Both the position numbers and the translations under genes were made by a program. Positions 63,944 to 64,000 of a stretch of 64,000 nt of DNA are shown piece by piece (the stretch's first letter is position 1; each line of letters opens with the position of its first letter). The notes under the pieces were generated by a model, which saw only the letters and a program-made list of their open reading frames with translations, was not told the origin of the DNA and searched no databases. Source of the stretch: the human T2T-CHM13v2.0 reference genome, Homo sapiens; assembly GCF_009914755.1 (NCBI RefSeq), contig NC_060929.1; one strand, given 5' to 3'.

Positions 63944-64000
63944 GAGAGCTAGTTTCCTGATTGATAAAATGTTCACTGTTTGTTCATATCCTCTCCTGTG

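Overview
Primate, almost certainly human, genomic DNA; no intact protein-coding sequence is visible. A CpG island (~43.6-46.7 kb) holds a non-coding first exon ending ...GGCACCCAGAGCCG|gtaagg (45188). I recognise this from memory as the BASP1 5'UTR (5p15.1); its coding exon lies beyond the window, so 45189-64000 is intron 1. The left ~44 kb should be spanned by the divergent lncRNA BASP1-AS1 (minus strand; recalled, exon ends inferred). It is dense in Alus (~34 copies or fragments before 40.4 kb) and also carries L1M, L2, MIR, MLT1/THE1, MER41 and hAT relics. A DCAF13 processed pseudogene fragment sits at 29.6-30.5 kb. I cannot demonstrate a wholly new biological system. The best leads are: a 3'-truncated DCAF13 retrocopy fused to an Alu; a 29-bp-arm hairpin in intron 1; a candidate cryptic terminal exon with tandem AATAAA that could abort BASP1 transcripts; a CGG-encoded poly-Arg uORF; a MER41 LTR with a GAS motif ~5 kb upstream of the promoter; and a copied Alu-Alu junction. 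Repeat families were assigned by eye and boundaries are approximate.
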